Positions 28,876-40,093 of a DNA stretch of 64,000 nt are shown here, one piece after another. The notes beneath the pieces were generated by a model, which worked only from the letters and a program-made list of their open reading frames with translations, ran no database searches and was not told where the DNA came from. Both the position numbers and the translations under genes were made by a program. Position 1 is the first letter of the stretch; each line of letters opens with the position of its first letter. Origin of the DNA: Gammaproteobacteria bacterium (lineage in GTDB: Bacteria; Pseudomonadota; Gammaproteobacteria; SZUA-229); contig JBFHVQ010000005.1 in the NCBI GenBank assembly GCA_041589455.1, positions 41 to 64,040 on the forward strand. The letters are read 5' to 3'.

Positions 28876-29328
28876 TTACTCTTCACCAACAACCGTTAGC
28901 TTAACAGTTGCATCAACATCTGTGTGCAAGTGCAGGTCAATTTCGTACTCACCTGCCAGGCGAATAGGACCAGTAGGCAGACGTACTTCTTTCTTTTCTA
29001 CCTCAACACCTGCTGCAGTGATTGCATCCGCAATATCTGCATTACCAACTGAGCCAAACAGCTTGCCTTCAGTACCTGACTTAGCAGTGATAGTTACAGC
29101 CATCTCATCCAGCTGTGCTTTACGTGCTTCAGCTGTTGACAGGCTTTCAGCCTCTTTCGCTTCGTATTCAGCACGACGCGCTTCCAGCTCTTTGATGTTA
29201 TCTTCGCTGGCAACTTTCGCTTTGCCAAATGGTAACAGGAAATTACGAGCATAGCCCGCTTTCACATTTACCACATCACCCAGTTTACCCAGGCGATCAA
29301 CTTTTTCTAATAAAATGACATTCATCAT
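28876..29328 (-). CDS. rplI: 50S ribosomal protein L9
   Basis: [30 protein letters not shown] is typical of L9. Confidence 0.95.
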   Translation of the reverse strand: MMNVILLEKVDRLGKLGDVVNVKAGYARNFLLPFGKAKVASEDNIKELEARRAEYEAKEAESLSTAEARKAQLDEMAVTITAKSGTEGKLFGSVGNADIADAITAAGVEVEKKEVRLPTGPIRLAGEYEIDLHLHTDVDATVKLTVVGEE

Positions 29329-29355
29329 TAAATCCTCAATCTATGACCCGAGCAA

Positions 29356-29577
29356 TTAGTGCTGATCAGTGTATGGCAGCAGGGCAAGGTAACGTGCACG
29401 TTTAACTGCAGTAGTTACCTGACGCTGGTATTTAGCTTTAGTACCTGTAATACGTGCAGGTACAATTTTGCCTGTTTCGCTGATGAAGTTTTTCAGCAGG
29501 TTCAGGTCTTTGTAGTCACACTCTGTAATGCCTTCAGCAGTGAAACGACAGAATTTTTTACGACGAAAATAGGCCAT
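29356..29577 (-). CDS. rpsR: 30S ribosomal protein S18
   Basis: RRKKFCRF...YKD...[11 protein letters not shown]...RITGT...QR is typical of S18. Confidence 0.95.
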   Translation of the reverse strand: MAYFRRKKFCRFTAEGITECDYKDLNLLKNFISETGKIVPARITGTKAKYQRQVTTAVKRARYLALLPYTDQH

Positions 29578-29596
29578 TGCTTTATCCTCTCAATAG

Positions 29597-30007
29597 TTAT
29601 TCAGCAGCTGCTTCAGCTTCAGAAGTTGTTTCTTCAGTTTCTTCAGCCTCTTCTGCTTTTTCAGTACGAGCTTCAGACTTCTTGTTATCTTCTTCTTTCA
29701 GTAAAGGAGAAGGCTCAGTAACCGGGCCTTTCATCTTGATAACCAGATTACGCAGTACTGCATCGTTGAAACGGAATACAGACTCAAGCTCAGCCAGTTC
29801 TTCACTACCACACTCAACGTTCATCAGAACGTAATGTGCTTTATGGATTTTATTGATGGAGTAAGCCATTTGACGACGGCCCCAGTCTTCCAGGCGGTGA
29901 ATTTTGCCACCATTAGACTCAATAATGCCTTTATAGCGATCGATCATCGCAGGCACCTGCTCACTCTGGTCAGGATGAACCAGAAATACAATTTCGTAAT
30001 GACGCAT
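29597..30007 (-). CDS. rpsF: 30S ribosomal protein S6 (with an acidic C-terminal tail)
   Basis: [18 protein letters not shown] is typical of S6. There is no priB between rpsF and rpsR. Confidence 0.95.
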   Translation of the reverse strand: MRHYEIVFLVHPDQSEQVPAMIDRYKGIIESNGGKIHRLEDWGRRQMAYSINKIHKAHYVLMNVECGSEELAELESVFRFNDAVLRNLVIKMKGPVTEPSPLLKEEDNKKSEARTEKAEEAEETEETTSEAEAAAE

Positions 30008-30099
30008 TATATGCTCCCTACGGTTAATGCCCTCTGCATGGCGATGCCATCAGTAGAACAAGGAGTTAATAGAACTGAGATAAATTCTCAGGGCCGCGA

Positions 30100-30128
30100 A
30101 TTATATCTATATAACGACTTAAATTCAA
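30100..30128 (-). promoter_or_regulatory. Probable sigma-70 promoter of the rpsF-rpsR-rplI operon (TTGAAT-17 nt-TATAAT on the minus strand)
   Basis: The -10 hexamer is at 30100-30105 and the -35 hexamer at 30123-30128. This leaves an ~85-nt leader, long enough for an S6:S18 autoregulatory structure. Confidence 0.55.
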
Positions 30129-30301
30129 GCACACCATTCCTGCGACCTGTTACTTAACAGGCCCGCCCAGCCCCCATAGCAACTTATTGATTTAAATAAA
30201 ATTATCACCTTAATTGAGGGCTATTAATCAGCCGTAACGATCGTGCACGATAAATACCCAATCAAGCCTGTCAACTGAGTACAGTTTCGGAATTAAGAGC
30301 A

Positions 30302-31594
30302 CTAAGCCTTGAGTTGATCAGGGTGAAAATCTTTTAGCCAGTTAATAAAAGCGTCCTGAGGCATCGGTTTTGCCAGGTAATAGCCCTGCATGACATCACA
30401 ATCTAGCTGTTTCAGCGCTTCTAGTGTACCTATATCTTCAACACCTTCGGCAACCACATCGATATCAAAGCCATGAGCCATTTCAATAACCGTTTTTACG
30501 ATATGTTGATCCATGGAGTTCTCAAGCATATGCCGTACAAAGGATTGATCAATTTTCAGTTCATTAGCTGGAATATATTTAAAATATGCCATTGACGAAT
30601 AGCCTGTACCAAAATCATCGATTGAAATATTGACACCTAATGATCTGAGTTCATCCAGGGTCATGAAGCTGGTACTCATATCCTGCATTAATGCACTTTC
30701 TGTTATCTCAAGGGTTAAACGCCCTTCCGCTGTACCCCATATATTCAATGCACTTCTTACAGAGTCAACCAGGTTTGGGTCCGGCAGTACCCTGGCCGAC
30801 AGGTTAACTGCGACTTTAAGGGGCTCTGATGTTTCCGGCCAATCATTGATCAAGCGTAATGCTGCATTAATCGTCCACCAGGTGATTTTATGAATATGAC
30901 CACTCTGTTCTGCAATAGGTATAAAAAGATCCGGGCGGATGAATCCCTGCTGTGGATGATTCCAGCGAATCAGCGCCTCTGCACCAAATAACGCTCCTGT
31001 TTGCAAGTTAACCTGGGGCTGAAAATACATTTCAAACTCATCGCGCTCATGAGCATCACTCAACTGGGATTCAATATCCCAGGAATCAATATCACTACTC
31101 TCATCCTTAGCTGTATAAATCGAGAAAGGCTCAACACTTTTTCGCGCATGCATTAAAGCTTTTTCGGCACATTGAATAAGCCGGGTTAATTCCTGAGCAT
31201 GATCCGGAAAAATGGCGACTCCCATATTAGCAGTGATTTTCTGCTGCCTTTCGCCCATATCAAACGGCACACCTAAGGCCCGAGAGATCTTATTTGCTGC
31301 CAGAGTCGCATGACCCACATTGAGGATTTCAGGCAGCATCAGAATAAATTCAGAGTTCCCCATACGTGCAATATAATCCTGGTCTCGCGTAAGCTCCTGA
31401 AGTCGGCTGGAAAAATTTTCCAGTAGCTCATCACCTACCTGATAACCATAAGCCAGATTAATTTGCCGAAAGTGATTAATATTGACAAGAATCACTGCAA
31501 ATTTTTTGTCTCGACGCAGATGATCTTCCATATAGTGCTCAAGATCGGTAAACAAAGCATCCCTGTCAGCCACATATGTATGAGCAGCACTCAT
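30302..31594 (-). CDS. c-di-GMP phosphodiesterase: degenerate GGDEF domain (MGNSEF) fused to an intact EAL domain; no sensor domain
   Basis: EAL motifs are present (EALIRW, DDFGTGYSS, ELKIDQSF, EGVED). The GGDEF signature is replaced by GNSEF. Confidence 0.85.
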   Translation of the reverse strand: MSAAHTYVADRDALFTDLEHYMEDHLRRDKKFAVILVNINHFRQINLAYGYQVGDELLENFSSRLQELTRDQDYIARMGNSEFILMLPEILNVGHATLAANKISRALGVPFDMGERQQKITANMGVAIFPDHAQELTRLIQCAEKALMHARKSVEPFSIYTAKDESSDIDSWDIESQLSDAHERDEFEMYFQPQVNLQTGALFGAEALIRWNHPQQGFIRPDLFIPIAEQSGHIHKITWWTINAALRLINDWPETSEPLKVAVNLSARVLPDPNLVDSVRSALNIWGTAEGRLTLEITESALMQDMSTSFMTLDELRSLGVNISIDDFGTGYSSMAYFKYIPANELKIDQSFVRHMLENSMDQHIVKTVIEMAHGFDIDVVAEGVEDIGTLEALKQLDCDVMQGYYLAKPMPQDAFINWLKDFHPDQLKA

Positions 31595-31603
31595 CGAAAC
31601 GCC

Positions 31604-32839
31604 TTATAAATAGAATTGTTCAGGGTCAATACCATACAGGCCTGGCTCAACACTGCGCACAATATCAAGTGGCTGGCCTTCTTCATCATTGACGGTAGTG
31701 TATAGATCAATTGTATCGAATGATGGCAATGGATGCTTAGTAGCATCCAGTAGCAACATGATTTTTGGCCTCAAACGCCAAACTCTATGCTGCGCAACGA
31801 TAACACCCACCTTGCCGTTACTCAGCTCAACAATGGTACCCACTGGATAAATACCAACGACCTGAATAAACTGTTCAATCAACTCTGCCTGAAAATCAAT
31901 ATCACGCCATTCATAGAGCTTCTTCACGGCATCATGAGGTGATATTGGTGTCGCAAAAGGCCGCTCTGAGATAATCGCATCATAGCAATCGATAAGACCT
32001 GCAATCTTTCCAAAAATAGGAATCATATTGCCACTCAAGCCTCTAGGATAACCACTGCCATTATGCCGTTCATGATGAGTTGCTACCATCTCGACAACAC
32101 TTTCATCAATACCATTAATTGATCTGACGATATCCACACTGTACTGAACATGCTGTTTAACCAGCTTAAACTCATACTGATTATAGCGTTCCGCATTATT
32201 GATTAATTTATCGGGCAAACGAGTTTTACCTACATCTAATAGCAAGCCACCAATGGCAAGTGACTGCAGATCCTTTTTAGGCAACCCCAGGTGCCGCCCA
32301 AAAGCAACAGCCCATACTGAGCTGCTCACCGAATGGTTATAGATATAATTATCTTTATATTTCATCCGGGTCAGCCAGGAAAATGCATCCGGATTTCGAA
32401 TGATACTGTCAACCATTGGTGTAATGGCTTTTTTAAGGGTAGGCAGGTCTAATTTCTGATTCCTGGAGATATCATGCAAGATACTTTCTGCTGTATCAGA
32501 CAGGCGTGCATGAGTCTCACGCGCATCGACCATTTCACTTTCAAAATCCTTTTTATCCTTATAAATACGAGGTTTAACCTTAGTCAGAAATTCCTTTTCT
32601 TCTTCAGAGGTTCTTTTCTTTTTCTCAAATTCAGGGGACTCAGGCTCCTGAACCTGACTTAGCTCCACATCCACATAAACATATTGGCAGTATTTGAGCA
32701 ACTCGTCTATGTCATCTTGTGTTTTTAGCTCAAACCCCTGTATCAGATAGGGTGTTTCCAGCCAGGGTCGATCAAGTCGTGAGACATACATCCCCTTCTC
32801 CAGATCCGCAACTCTGACTTTAACTTCCTTTAAAGACAT
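31604..32839 (-). CDS. HD-GYP domain c-di-GMP phosphodiesterase with a DUF3391-type N-terminal domain
   Basis: HHERHNGSGYPRGL (HD-GYP), and the N-terminal pattern VRVADLEKGMYVSRLDRPWLETP. Confidence 0.85.
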   Translation of the reverse strand: MSLKEVKVRVADLEKGMYVSRLDRPWLETPYLIQGFELKTQDDIDELLKYCQYVYVDVELSQVQEPESPEFEKKKRTSEEEKEFLTKVKPRIYKDKKDFESEMVDARETHARLSDTAESILHDISRNQKLDLPTLKKAITPMVDSIIRNPDAFSWLTRMKYKDNYIYNHSVSSSVWAVAFGRHLGLPKKDLQSLAIGGLLLDVGKTRLPDKLINNAERYNQYEFKLVKQHVQYSVDIVRSINGIDESVVEMVATHHERHNGSGYPRGLSGNMIPIFGKIAGLIDCYDAIISERPFATPISPHDAVKKLYEWRDIDFQAELIEQFIQVVGIYPVGTIVELSNGKVGVIVAQHRVWRLRPKIMLLLDATKHPLPSFDTIDLYTTVNDEEGQPLDIVRSVEPGLYGIDPEQFYL

Positions 32840-33020
32840 ACAATAAATACCCGATAATTATTCGGCTAGATCACATCACAAACCCAGTCCAGCCATAATG
32901 CAGTTTTTGATTATTAATAAACTATAGCAATAAATTCGCTATATACACTCAAACATCACCAATCTCTGGTGTTATAAGGCCCAGCTAAGTGAGGTTTTTT
33001 AATAATTCTCAATGCTTAAC

Positions 33021-34406
33021 TCAGGCACGACGCCAACTCGTTTCGCCTCCCTTATCTTCAAGCTCTATACCTTTGTCTTTCAACTCATCACGAATCTGAT
33101 CTGCACGCGCCCAGTTTTTATCGGCTTTAGCCTGCGCTCGCTCCTGTATTAGTGCCTCAATAGCACTATCATCTAGTCCCTCGGCCTTACCACCGCTTTT
33201 AAGATAAATATCTGGATCTTCCTGCAACAACCCAAGCACACTGCCCAACTGTTTCAGACAAGCCGCCAAGGACATCGCCTTAGTTGAATCTGTCGATTTG
33301 ATTTTGTTTAACTGATTGGCCAGATCAAACAACACGGCAATCGCTTCTGCGGTATTGAAATCTTCATTCATTGCTACCTCAAAGCGTTGCAGATATTCAT
33401 CACAATCTTCATCGATAGCACCAGGCTCAACTCCACGCAGTGAATTATACAGACGACTTAATGCTGCCCCTGCACTATCAAGCATCTGATCCGAATAGTT
33501 CAATGGGCTTCTATAGTGACTGGCAAGAATAAAATACCTTACATCCTCAGCGCGATAGCGCTCCAGTATTTCCCTAACCGTGAAGAAATTACCTAGTGAC
33601 TTGGACATTTTCTCATCATCAATCCGCACAAAACCATTATGCATCCACAGGTTAACGAACTTTTCACCCGTAGCGGCTTCAGATTGAGCTATTTCGTTTT
33701 CATGATGCGGGAATTGCAAATCCTGCCCACCACCATGAATATCGAAGGTGTTACCAAGACAGCAGGTGGACATTGCTGAACACTCAATATGCCAGCCTGG
33801 CCGCCCATTTCCCCAGGGTGACTCCCAGTAAGGTTCATCCGGTTTGGCGGCTTTCCATAATACGAAATCCAGTGGGTCATCTTTAAACTCATCCACCGCA
33901 ATTCGTTCACCTGCACGCAAATCTTCAGTTTTTTTACCAGAAAGCTGACCGTAGCCTTCAAATTTGCTTACGTCATAGTAAACATCACCGTTATCTGCCG
34001 CATAGGCATACCCCTTTTCCTGCAGCACCTTGATCATATCGATAATATCACCCATTGATGATGTAGCCCGTGGCTCCTCATCCGGTGGCAGCACCCCTAG
34101 AGCCTCGGCATCTTCATGCATTGCCTTAATAAATCGCTCAGTTAACTGATTAATCGACTCACCATTTTCGTTGGCGCGCTGGATAATTTTGTCATCCACA
34201 TCAGTAACGTTGCGAACATAGGTGACATCATAGCCCTGAGACTTCAAATATCTCGTTACCATATCAAACACCACCAGAACACGGGCATGCCCCAGATGAC
34301 AAAGGTCATATACGGTCATTCCACAGACGTACATACGCACCTTACCTGGCTCTATGGGCTTAAATTCTTCTTTCTGGTTGGTGTAACTGTTATAAATTTT
34401 CAACAT
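33021..34406 (-). CDS. cysS: Cysteine--tRNA ligase
   Basis: HIGH-type motif (CHLGHAR), KMSKS present, 461 aa. Confidence 0.95.
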   Translation of the reverse strand: MLKIYNSYTNQKEEFKPIEPGKVRMYVCGMTVYDLCHLGHARVLVVFDMVTRYLKSQGYDVTYVRNVTDVDDKIIQRANENGESINQLTERFIKAMHEDAEALGVLPPDEEPRATSSMGDIIDMIKVLQEKGYAYAADNGDVYYDVSKFEGYGQLSGKKTEDLRAGERIAVDEFKDDPLDFVLWKAAKPDEPYWESPWGNGRPGWHIECSAMSTCCLGNTFDIHGGGQDLQFPHHENEIAQSEAATGEKFVNLWMHNGFVRIDDEKMSKSLGNFFTVREILERYRAEDVRYFILASHYRSPLNYSDQMLDSAGAALSRLYNSLRGVEPGAIDEDCDEYLQRFEVAMNEDFNTAEAIAVLFDLANQLNKIKSTDSTKAMSLAACLKQLGSVLGLLQEDPDIYLKSGGKAEGLDDSAIEALIQERAQAKADKNWARADQIRDELKDKGIELEDKGGETSWRRA

Positions 34407-35110
34407 AGGTTTCTGGCTTAAAATAAATTAAGGGCTCTTAAGATTAATATACATAAGTGGATAATTATACAATGTATTTTACCATGGCACCTATTTTAAG
34501 TTTAACCTCACTATGCCAGCAGTTTGGTTCTCTCAATGAGCGGCTTACATCCAAGATAAACTGTGAGTTCAAGCTGATATTCCTAAAACAATATATTTGC
34601 TTATATTAAAGACATGTCTGAAGCTAAAGCTATTCCTCTCTGCTGCAGCCACACTACACGAAGAAATAAACATTTCTGATAAATTACCCTGCAAACGATA
34701 AGCCAGTACACTTAAACTCAGTAAATCTGATAAAAAAAACATATAATATTTAAATACATAACAATCATTATTGACGAAAGGCAACAAAATCTCCTCAATA
34801 TCAAAATCAACTCTAGATCTTTATCAAAAATAGAAATCAGCACACTTAACATCTAAATATTGCACTGAGAAAACAAATTGTATCCAGAACATTGATCAAA
34901 AACTTCCCGTCATAAGCCAATTTAATCATATACAGTCATTATCAATTATAAAAACTGCCTTGACTTAATTTCCATATTGTTATCTCTAACAATTATGCAT
35001 AAATTAACTAGATCCACATCAATAAATGAACAAATCACACATAGCATCTTTCTATTACATATTTAAATTTATCTATACTTCAAAGAGTAACTATATTCTG
35101 GAGAAAACGA

Positions 35111-36085
35111 ATGACAAGTAAAAGCAATTTTAGCATGCCAAAATTGTCAAAAGAACGTAAGGACCAGAAGCTTACGGCCACTCAGAAAACCAACAAGAAA
35201 TCTAAAAGAAAAATCTTTTCAGACGCTAATTACCCCTACACTAAAAAAATGAAACGTACAGAATATGAGGAACTTAAAAAAGGACTACAAATTGAACTAC
35301 TTAAAATGCAGAACTGGGTCAAAGACACTGGCGAGAAAATACTGATCATATTTGAAGGACGTGATGCAGCCGGAAAAGGCGGCACCATCAAACGAATAAT
35401 GGAACATTTAAACCCTCGTGGGGCCCGTGTTGTGGCACTTGAAAAACCCACCGATTACGAACAAGGTCAATGGTATTTTCAGCGATATATAGAGCACCTA
35501 CCAGGGGCTGGAGAAATTGTCCTGCTTGATCGATCTTGGTATAATCGAGCAGGCGTCGAACGTGTCATGGGTTTCTGTAAACCAGGAGAGTATCTTGAGT
35601 TTATGCGTCAGGCTCCAGAACTGGAACGAATGCTAGTAAGAAGCGGAATTAAATTATTCAAACTATGGTTCTCAGTGAGCCGAAATGAACAATTTAGCCG
35701 TTTTCAATCAAGACAAGGAGCACCATTAAAACAATGGAAGCTCAGCCCGATAGACCTTGCCTCCCTCGACAAGTGGGAAGATTACACTGAAGCTAAAGAA
35801 GCAATGTTTTTCTATACCGATACCGCTGACGCACCCTGGACAGTGATAAAGTCAGATTGTAAAAAGCGTGCTCGCATCAACGCAATGCGTTTTATATTAG
35901 ACTCACTTGACTACGCAGAAAAAGACACCTCAATTGTCAGACCAGCAGACCCACTCATTGTTGGCAGTGCAGACACCATTTATGAAGCAGGAGAACATAA
36001 TCTGGAAAAAGCACCGATCATTAAAGACTTCCCAGATAATAACCTGATATCAGGTCGGCACTCTAAGAAAAAAAGTAAGCCATAG
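35111..36085 (+). CDS. ppk2: Polyphosphate kinase 2 (single-domain PPK2) with a Lys-rich ~45-aa N-terminal extension
   Basis: Walker A FEGRDAAGKGG, and RSWYNRAGVERV are typical of PPK2. Confidence 0.88.
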   Translation: MTSKSNFSMPKLSKERKDQKLTATQKTNKKSKRKIFSDANYPYTKKMKRTEYEELKKGLQIELLKMQNWVKDTGEKILIIFEGRDAAGKGGTIKRIMEHLNPRGARVVALEKPTDYEQGQWYFQRYIEHLPGAGEIVLLDRSWYNRAGVERVMGFCKPGEYLEFMRQAPELERMLVRSGIKLFKLWFSVSRNEQFSRFQSRQGAPLKQWKLSPIDLASLDKWEDYTEAKEAMFFYTDTADAPWTVIKSDCKKRARINAMRFILDSLDYAEKDTSIVRPADPLIVGSADTIYEAGEHNLEKAPIIKDFPDNNLISGRHSKKKSKP

Positions 36086-36242
36086 GCATCTCAACAAACC
36101 TTATAAAACAGGAAGCCACAAAAAAGAAAGAGCCTTCCCGCTCAGTCATACATTTATCAAATCAAGCCCCCCTATCCAGTTTTATAAAACTCAGTTACAA
36201 TCACGATATTTATAACGCTTAATCTGAATCCGCGAACCATCT

Positions 36243-36662
36243 ATGAAGTACAACAGCAAACTTAAAGTATTTTTAACCGTACTAGCACTATCACTTGTTT
36301 CAGCTTGTGGCGAACTGCCATATAACAATCTGGATAACAATGAACTCTCCACCATGCTTAATAACAATGTGCCCATCTATGACATAAGACGCATTGACGA
36401 ATGGAAGCAAACTGGTATCCTGGAAGGCAGCAATTTACTGACATTTGTCGATTCTAGCGGCAGAGTAAAACCTGACTTTATTCAACGCTTTACAGCTGCC
36501 GTTGGAAAGAATGACCCTGTTATACTGATTTGCCGAACCGGAAATCGCACCAGTCAATTAGCCCGTTATCTAGCCGAAAAAATGGGGTACACCCAGATCT
36601 ATAATGTACGAAATGGCATAACACAATGGATAAGTGAAAAACGCCCTGTTAAAAAATTATAA
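36243..36662 (+). CDS. Rhodanese-domain lipoprotein (sulfurtransferase-like)
   Basis: Lipobox LVSACG and the active-site loop CRTGNRT. Confidence 0.8.
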   Translation: MKYNSKLKVFLTVLALSLVSACGELPYNNLDNNELSTMLNNNVPIYDIRRIDEWKQTGILEGSNLLTFVDSSGRVKPDFIQRFTAAVGKNDPVILICRTGNRTSQLARYLAEKMGYTQIYNVRNGITQWISEKRPVKKL

Positions 36663-36811
36663 TTGTTGCTTACATATTCTTTAAAAGCCACCACGTCTTT
36701 ATTAAAAACATTAATCACATAATAAATATTTAGAGAAAAAATTCCCTTTAAAAACCACGCACTGAAACATACTATATGTAGTTTTAAATACCCATACACT
36801 CTAACAGCTTT

Positions 36812-38377
36812 TTACTTAAGCAAATCTTGAATTAACAATAACAGATCAGAAGGCTTAACTGGTTTGTGCACAAATGAAACACCAAGCTCATTCGCAAGAT
36901 CAGGATTAACCAAATCACTATAACCCGTGGTTAAAATGATTTTTTGACCTGGCTTGACTGCCAGCATTTTTTCTATGAGTTCCGTTCCTGTCATTAACGG
37001 CATAGTCTGGTCAGTTATCACAACATCTATATCTTCAGACGACACTTTATAGCTTTCAAGTGCCTCAACACTTGAGGTATAGCTCATACATGAATAACCA
37101 TTCATATTCAGAATTTCAGATAACATTTCAGCAATAAGATTTTCATCATCGACTACCATTACTGTAGAATTATGGGTTACCTCAGGCTGTCCTTCTGCAC
37201 TTATATCCTGATTCATATCAAGTAACCTATGATTAGACGGTGGAAATAATAAGCTTAATACAGTTCCTGCATTAGGTTCAGTATTTAATAGTATATGCCC
37301 ATTACAGTCTTCCATAATTCGTTTAACCATTGAAAGGCCTAGCCCTGTACCGTCACCAACATTTTTTGTTGTGAAAAATGGTTCAAATATTTTACTTTGC
37401 ACTGATTCATCCATGCCAATACCATTATCCTCAATGGAAATGGAAACCCAGCTTCCTGGAACTTTCTTAAAACAGCACCTACACTCATCAAGCACATCAC
37501 TAACCTGATCAACTGAGATCGTAATATAACCTTTATCAATTATTGCATCCCTTGAATTAATACAAAGATTTAATATGAGTTGCTGCAACCTAACAGGATC
37601 TATTTGAATTTGAGCCTGATTATTCTTTTTTTCAAAACAAAGCTCTATATTACTAGGTAATGTTGCCTGCAATAAATCAACTGTTTCATTTAAGTTTGCC
37701 TCAACAAATAAGTTAACAGGCTTGTTTTCGCCATTACGACTAAAGACCATCAGCTGTGAAATTAGTGATCTAGCTCGCTCAGCAGCAATACGAATATTTT
37801 CTATATTCTTAAGCGATATCTCCCCCTGATTAGCATCATGCTCGGAAATCGACAATTCTGCATAACCTGTGATAATACTAAGAATATTGTTAAAGTCATG
37901 GGCAATACCACCAGTAAGTTCACCTAGTGCCTGTATCTTCTGTGATTGCGCAAGCTCCCTTTGCATTCTGACTGACTCTTCTTCAGCGAGTTTTCGCTCA
38001 GATATATCTCGAGCAACTGCAATGATCATATCGCCCACTTCAATATCTACACGCTTCATATCAAGCTCTATCCAGCGCCTATCACCATCAGGTGGAGATA
38101 TAAAGGTCTCAAATTGCGCGCTTTCTCCATTAAGCGCACGAGAAAAAGCGGAAGTAAATTGCAAAACATCTCCACTCTCACCTAATAACTCGGTAATCGG
38201 AGTACGCTGTTTATGCTCAGTGAGCCCCTCTTCTGAACGACCTAACCAGCTTTGCATTGTCTTATTGCAAATAAGAAACTTCATTTCATCACATAAAACA
38301 AAGATGGCATCATTTGCACTGTCAAAGAAAGCTCTTAACAGGTCGTAATAAAACTGTGCGTCATTACTATCTGGCAT
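36812..38377 (-). CDS. Cytoplasmic hybrid histidine kinase (PAS, HisKA, HATPase, REC)
   Basis: H-box IAHDFNNIL, an ATPase G-box (GTGLGLSMV) and a receiver (VVITDQTMPLMTG). No TM segment. Confidence 0.88.
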   Translation of the reverse strand: MPDSNDAQFYYDLLRAFFDSANDAIFVLCDEMKFLICNKTMQSWLGRSEEGLTEHKQRTPITELLGESGDVLQFTSAFSRALNGESAQFETFISPPDGDRRWIELDMKRVDIEVGDMIIAVARDISERKLAEEESVRMQRELAQSQKIQALGELTGGIAHDFNNILSIITGYAELSISEHDANQGEISLKNIENIRIAAERARSLISQLMVFSRNGENKPVNLFVEANLNETVDLLQATLPSNIELCFEKKNNQAQIQIDPVRLQQLILNLCINSRDAIIDKGYITISVDQVSDVLDECRCCFKKVPGSWVSISIEDNGIGMDESVQSKIFEPFFTTKNVGDGTGLGLSMVKRIMEDCNGHILLNTEPNAGTVLSLLFPPSNHRLLDMNQDISAEGQPEVTHNSTVMVVDDENLIAEMLSEILNMNGYSCMSYTSSVEALESYKVSSEDIDVVITDQTMPLMTGTELIEKMLAVKPGQKIILTTGYSDLVNPDLANELGVSFVHKPVKPSDLLLLIQDLLK

Positions 38378-38824
38378 CTTGACCCAAAAAAATAGGAGAG
38401 TTTTAATATTAGCATATTTTCATATTTTTTATGTAACAGGTAACACATCAAGATTCGTGAGATAAATAGAGAAGAATATCAGTCAGCATAAAAAATGACG
38501 AGATAACACTTGCTTGTAATCCATTCTGAAACTATTTACATAATGAAATAAATATTACTCATAAAAGAGTGTGTAATAATCTAACTGGTATAAATATATT
38601 AAGCTTCTATCTTTCTTATTCTTGAATAGATACACAACTGTCATATGTTATATTCTTACAATCAAACACCAAGCTTTATACTACTTGATGCAGATAAAAA
38701 TTAACGCGCATCGTTTTACGATTAGCCAATCATCAACTGAACCAGTATGATATTCACAACCCTGATACTACAGTAAAAACGCAAGCACTTGCCTGCATTT
38801 TTACTGGATTATTCTACTAAAATG

Positions 38825-39427
38825 TTATTGATAGTTTAAAAGATTTACACCAATTGTAATTGCGCCAATAACCTGATTCCTGGAATGATCTGATATAGCA
38901 ACACTGAGTTGCACCTGAACCTCCTGAGATGACTCATCGATAACAATTTCCCCTATATGAATTGCATCCTTACCGAGTGGATAGGTTTTAAGCCACTTAT
39001 CCTCATCTCCCTGCCAATAATCAGAAGTAACATCACTCTGAGCCACATTGAGTCCCTTGTTATCCATAACAAAGATTTCAGTATACAGTCCAGCAGATGC
39101 CTCTTTAAAGTTATGCAGGTATCGAGATACCGTATGGGAGAGGGTAGCATCAATCAGGGGTCTATTCTCTGATTTGGATTCTTTTCGCCATTGATTGTCC
39201 AGTTTCTTTATATCTGCCTGGCTAAGCGTCTTATTTTTCCTGTTCTGCTCTTCAATTGCTGTGATTAGTGCAGAATTATTAAGTAGAGGATTCAGTTCAT
39301 CATTGATCATGTTTTTCAGCACTCGATAATAGCCATCTCGTACAGCTTTATCATAAATAGCACCGGCATGTGCAACTTGCGAGAAAAATAATGGTAATGA
39401 AAACAATATGATAAATAAACGGCTCAT
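38825..39427 (-). CDS. Secreted stand-alone PDC/Cache-like sensory-domain protein (200 aa)
   Basis: A signal peptide ending in AHA. The motif EIFVMDNKG...TSDYWQGDEDKW resembles periplasmic PDC sensor domains as I recall them. There is no TM anchor or output domain. Confidence 0.6.
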   Translation of the reverse strand: MSRLFIILFSLPLFFSQVAHAGAIYDKAVRDGYYRVLKNMINDELNPLLNNSALITAIEEQNRKNKTLSQADIKKLDNQWRKESKSENRPLIDATLSHTVSRYLHNFKEASAGLYTEIFVMDNKGLNVAQSDVTSDYWQGDEDKWLKTYPLGKDAIHIGEIVIDESSQEVQVQLSVAISDHSRNQVIGAITIGVNLLNYQ

Positions 39428-40093
39428 TGCTATCTCCTTGAACGGATTAATTAAATTCCATGCATTTTGATATTTAGCTTTACTTCATTTATCGCGATTT
39501 ATTCAGATGAGTATATAATTTATGGAAGGAAACTATACCTATAGACATAGGGTGTTTTTATGTCAAAGCCGATTATCGGAAACATATTTACACATATGAC
39601 ACAAATTTTTAGCCCATATAGCTACACTTGCTCAGTTATGATTATTTAATATGTAGTGAAATCATGAATAACATAACTGATATCTATGAATAGTATCTAC
39701 AAATTATTTAGTACATGCTCCAGAATATATGTTTTCTAGCGATAGGCACCCAAGACTAAATCCGCCGATGGAGAATCTAAAACACAGATATTACTCCTGG
39801 CAACATTTTTACATGCCGCTCTACAATCTGATAATCACTATTATGACAACACTAACAGATTTGGCTAATACAATGCCTTATGGCGAAAAAGAAAGCTGTA
39901 TTCACAAGTTTTTTAACACTTCCCTTTACATGTAAGCACATGGCTAAAATTACGATCTTTTCTTAAGCGATCATAATAAACATTGTATAAATTCGATTTA
40001 TCTTAGCCCCGCCAACACCTTGCAAACCCACTCTTTGATTGAGCGATAACCCAAATATTCCTGTAAGACCTCACTAGGAAATAATGTTTTGCA

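Noticed and set aside
29577-29597. Absence of priB between rpsF and rpsR
   Set aside because: It differs from E. coli but is the normal arrangement in many non-enteric gammaproteobacteria, so it is not anomalous.
27999-29834. Plus-strand ORFs of 158, 133, 120 and 85 aa
   Set aside because: They are antisense to dnaB, rplI, rpsR and rpsF, all of which are unambiguous.
34569-34787. 72-aa minus-strand ORF
   Set aside because: It is AT-driven, has no ribosome-binding site and is not protein-like.
34932-34960. Pho box upstream of ppk2 (acagtcattatcaattataaaaactgcc)
   Set aside because: Only one CTGTCAT-like half-site is recognisable, and the second repeat at 11-bp spacing is poor.
37869-38348. 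159-aa plus-strand ORF
   Set aside because: It is antisense to the PAS region of the hybrid kinase, and its composition is Ser-rich and low-complexity.
39729-39935. 68-aa plus-strand ORF
   Set aside because: It has no ribosome-binding site, an odd composition and no recognisable features. It may deserve a check only if RNA-seq shows a transcript.
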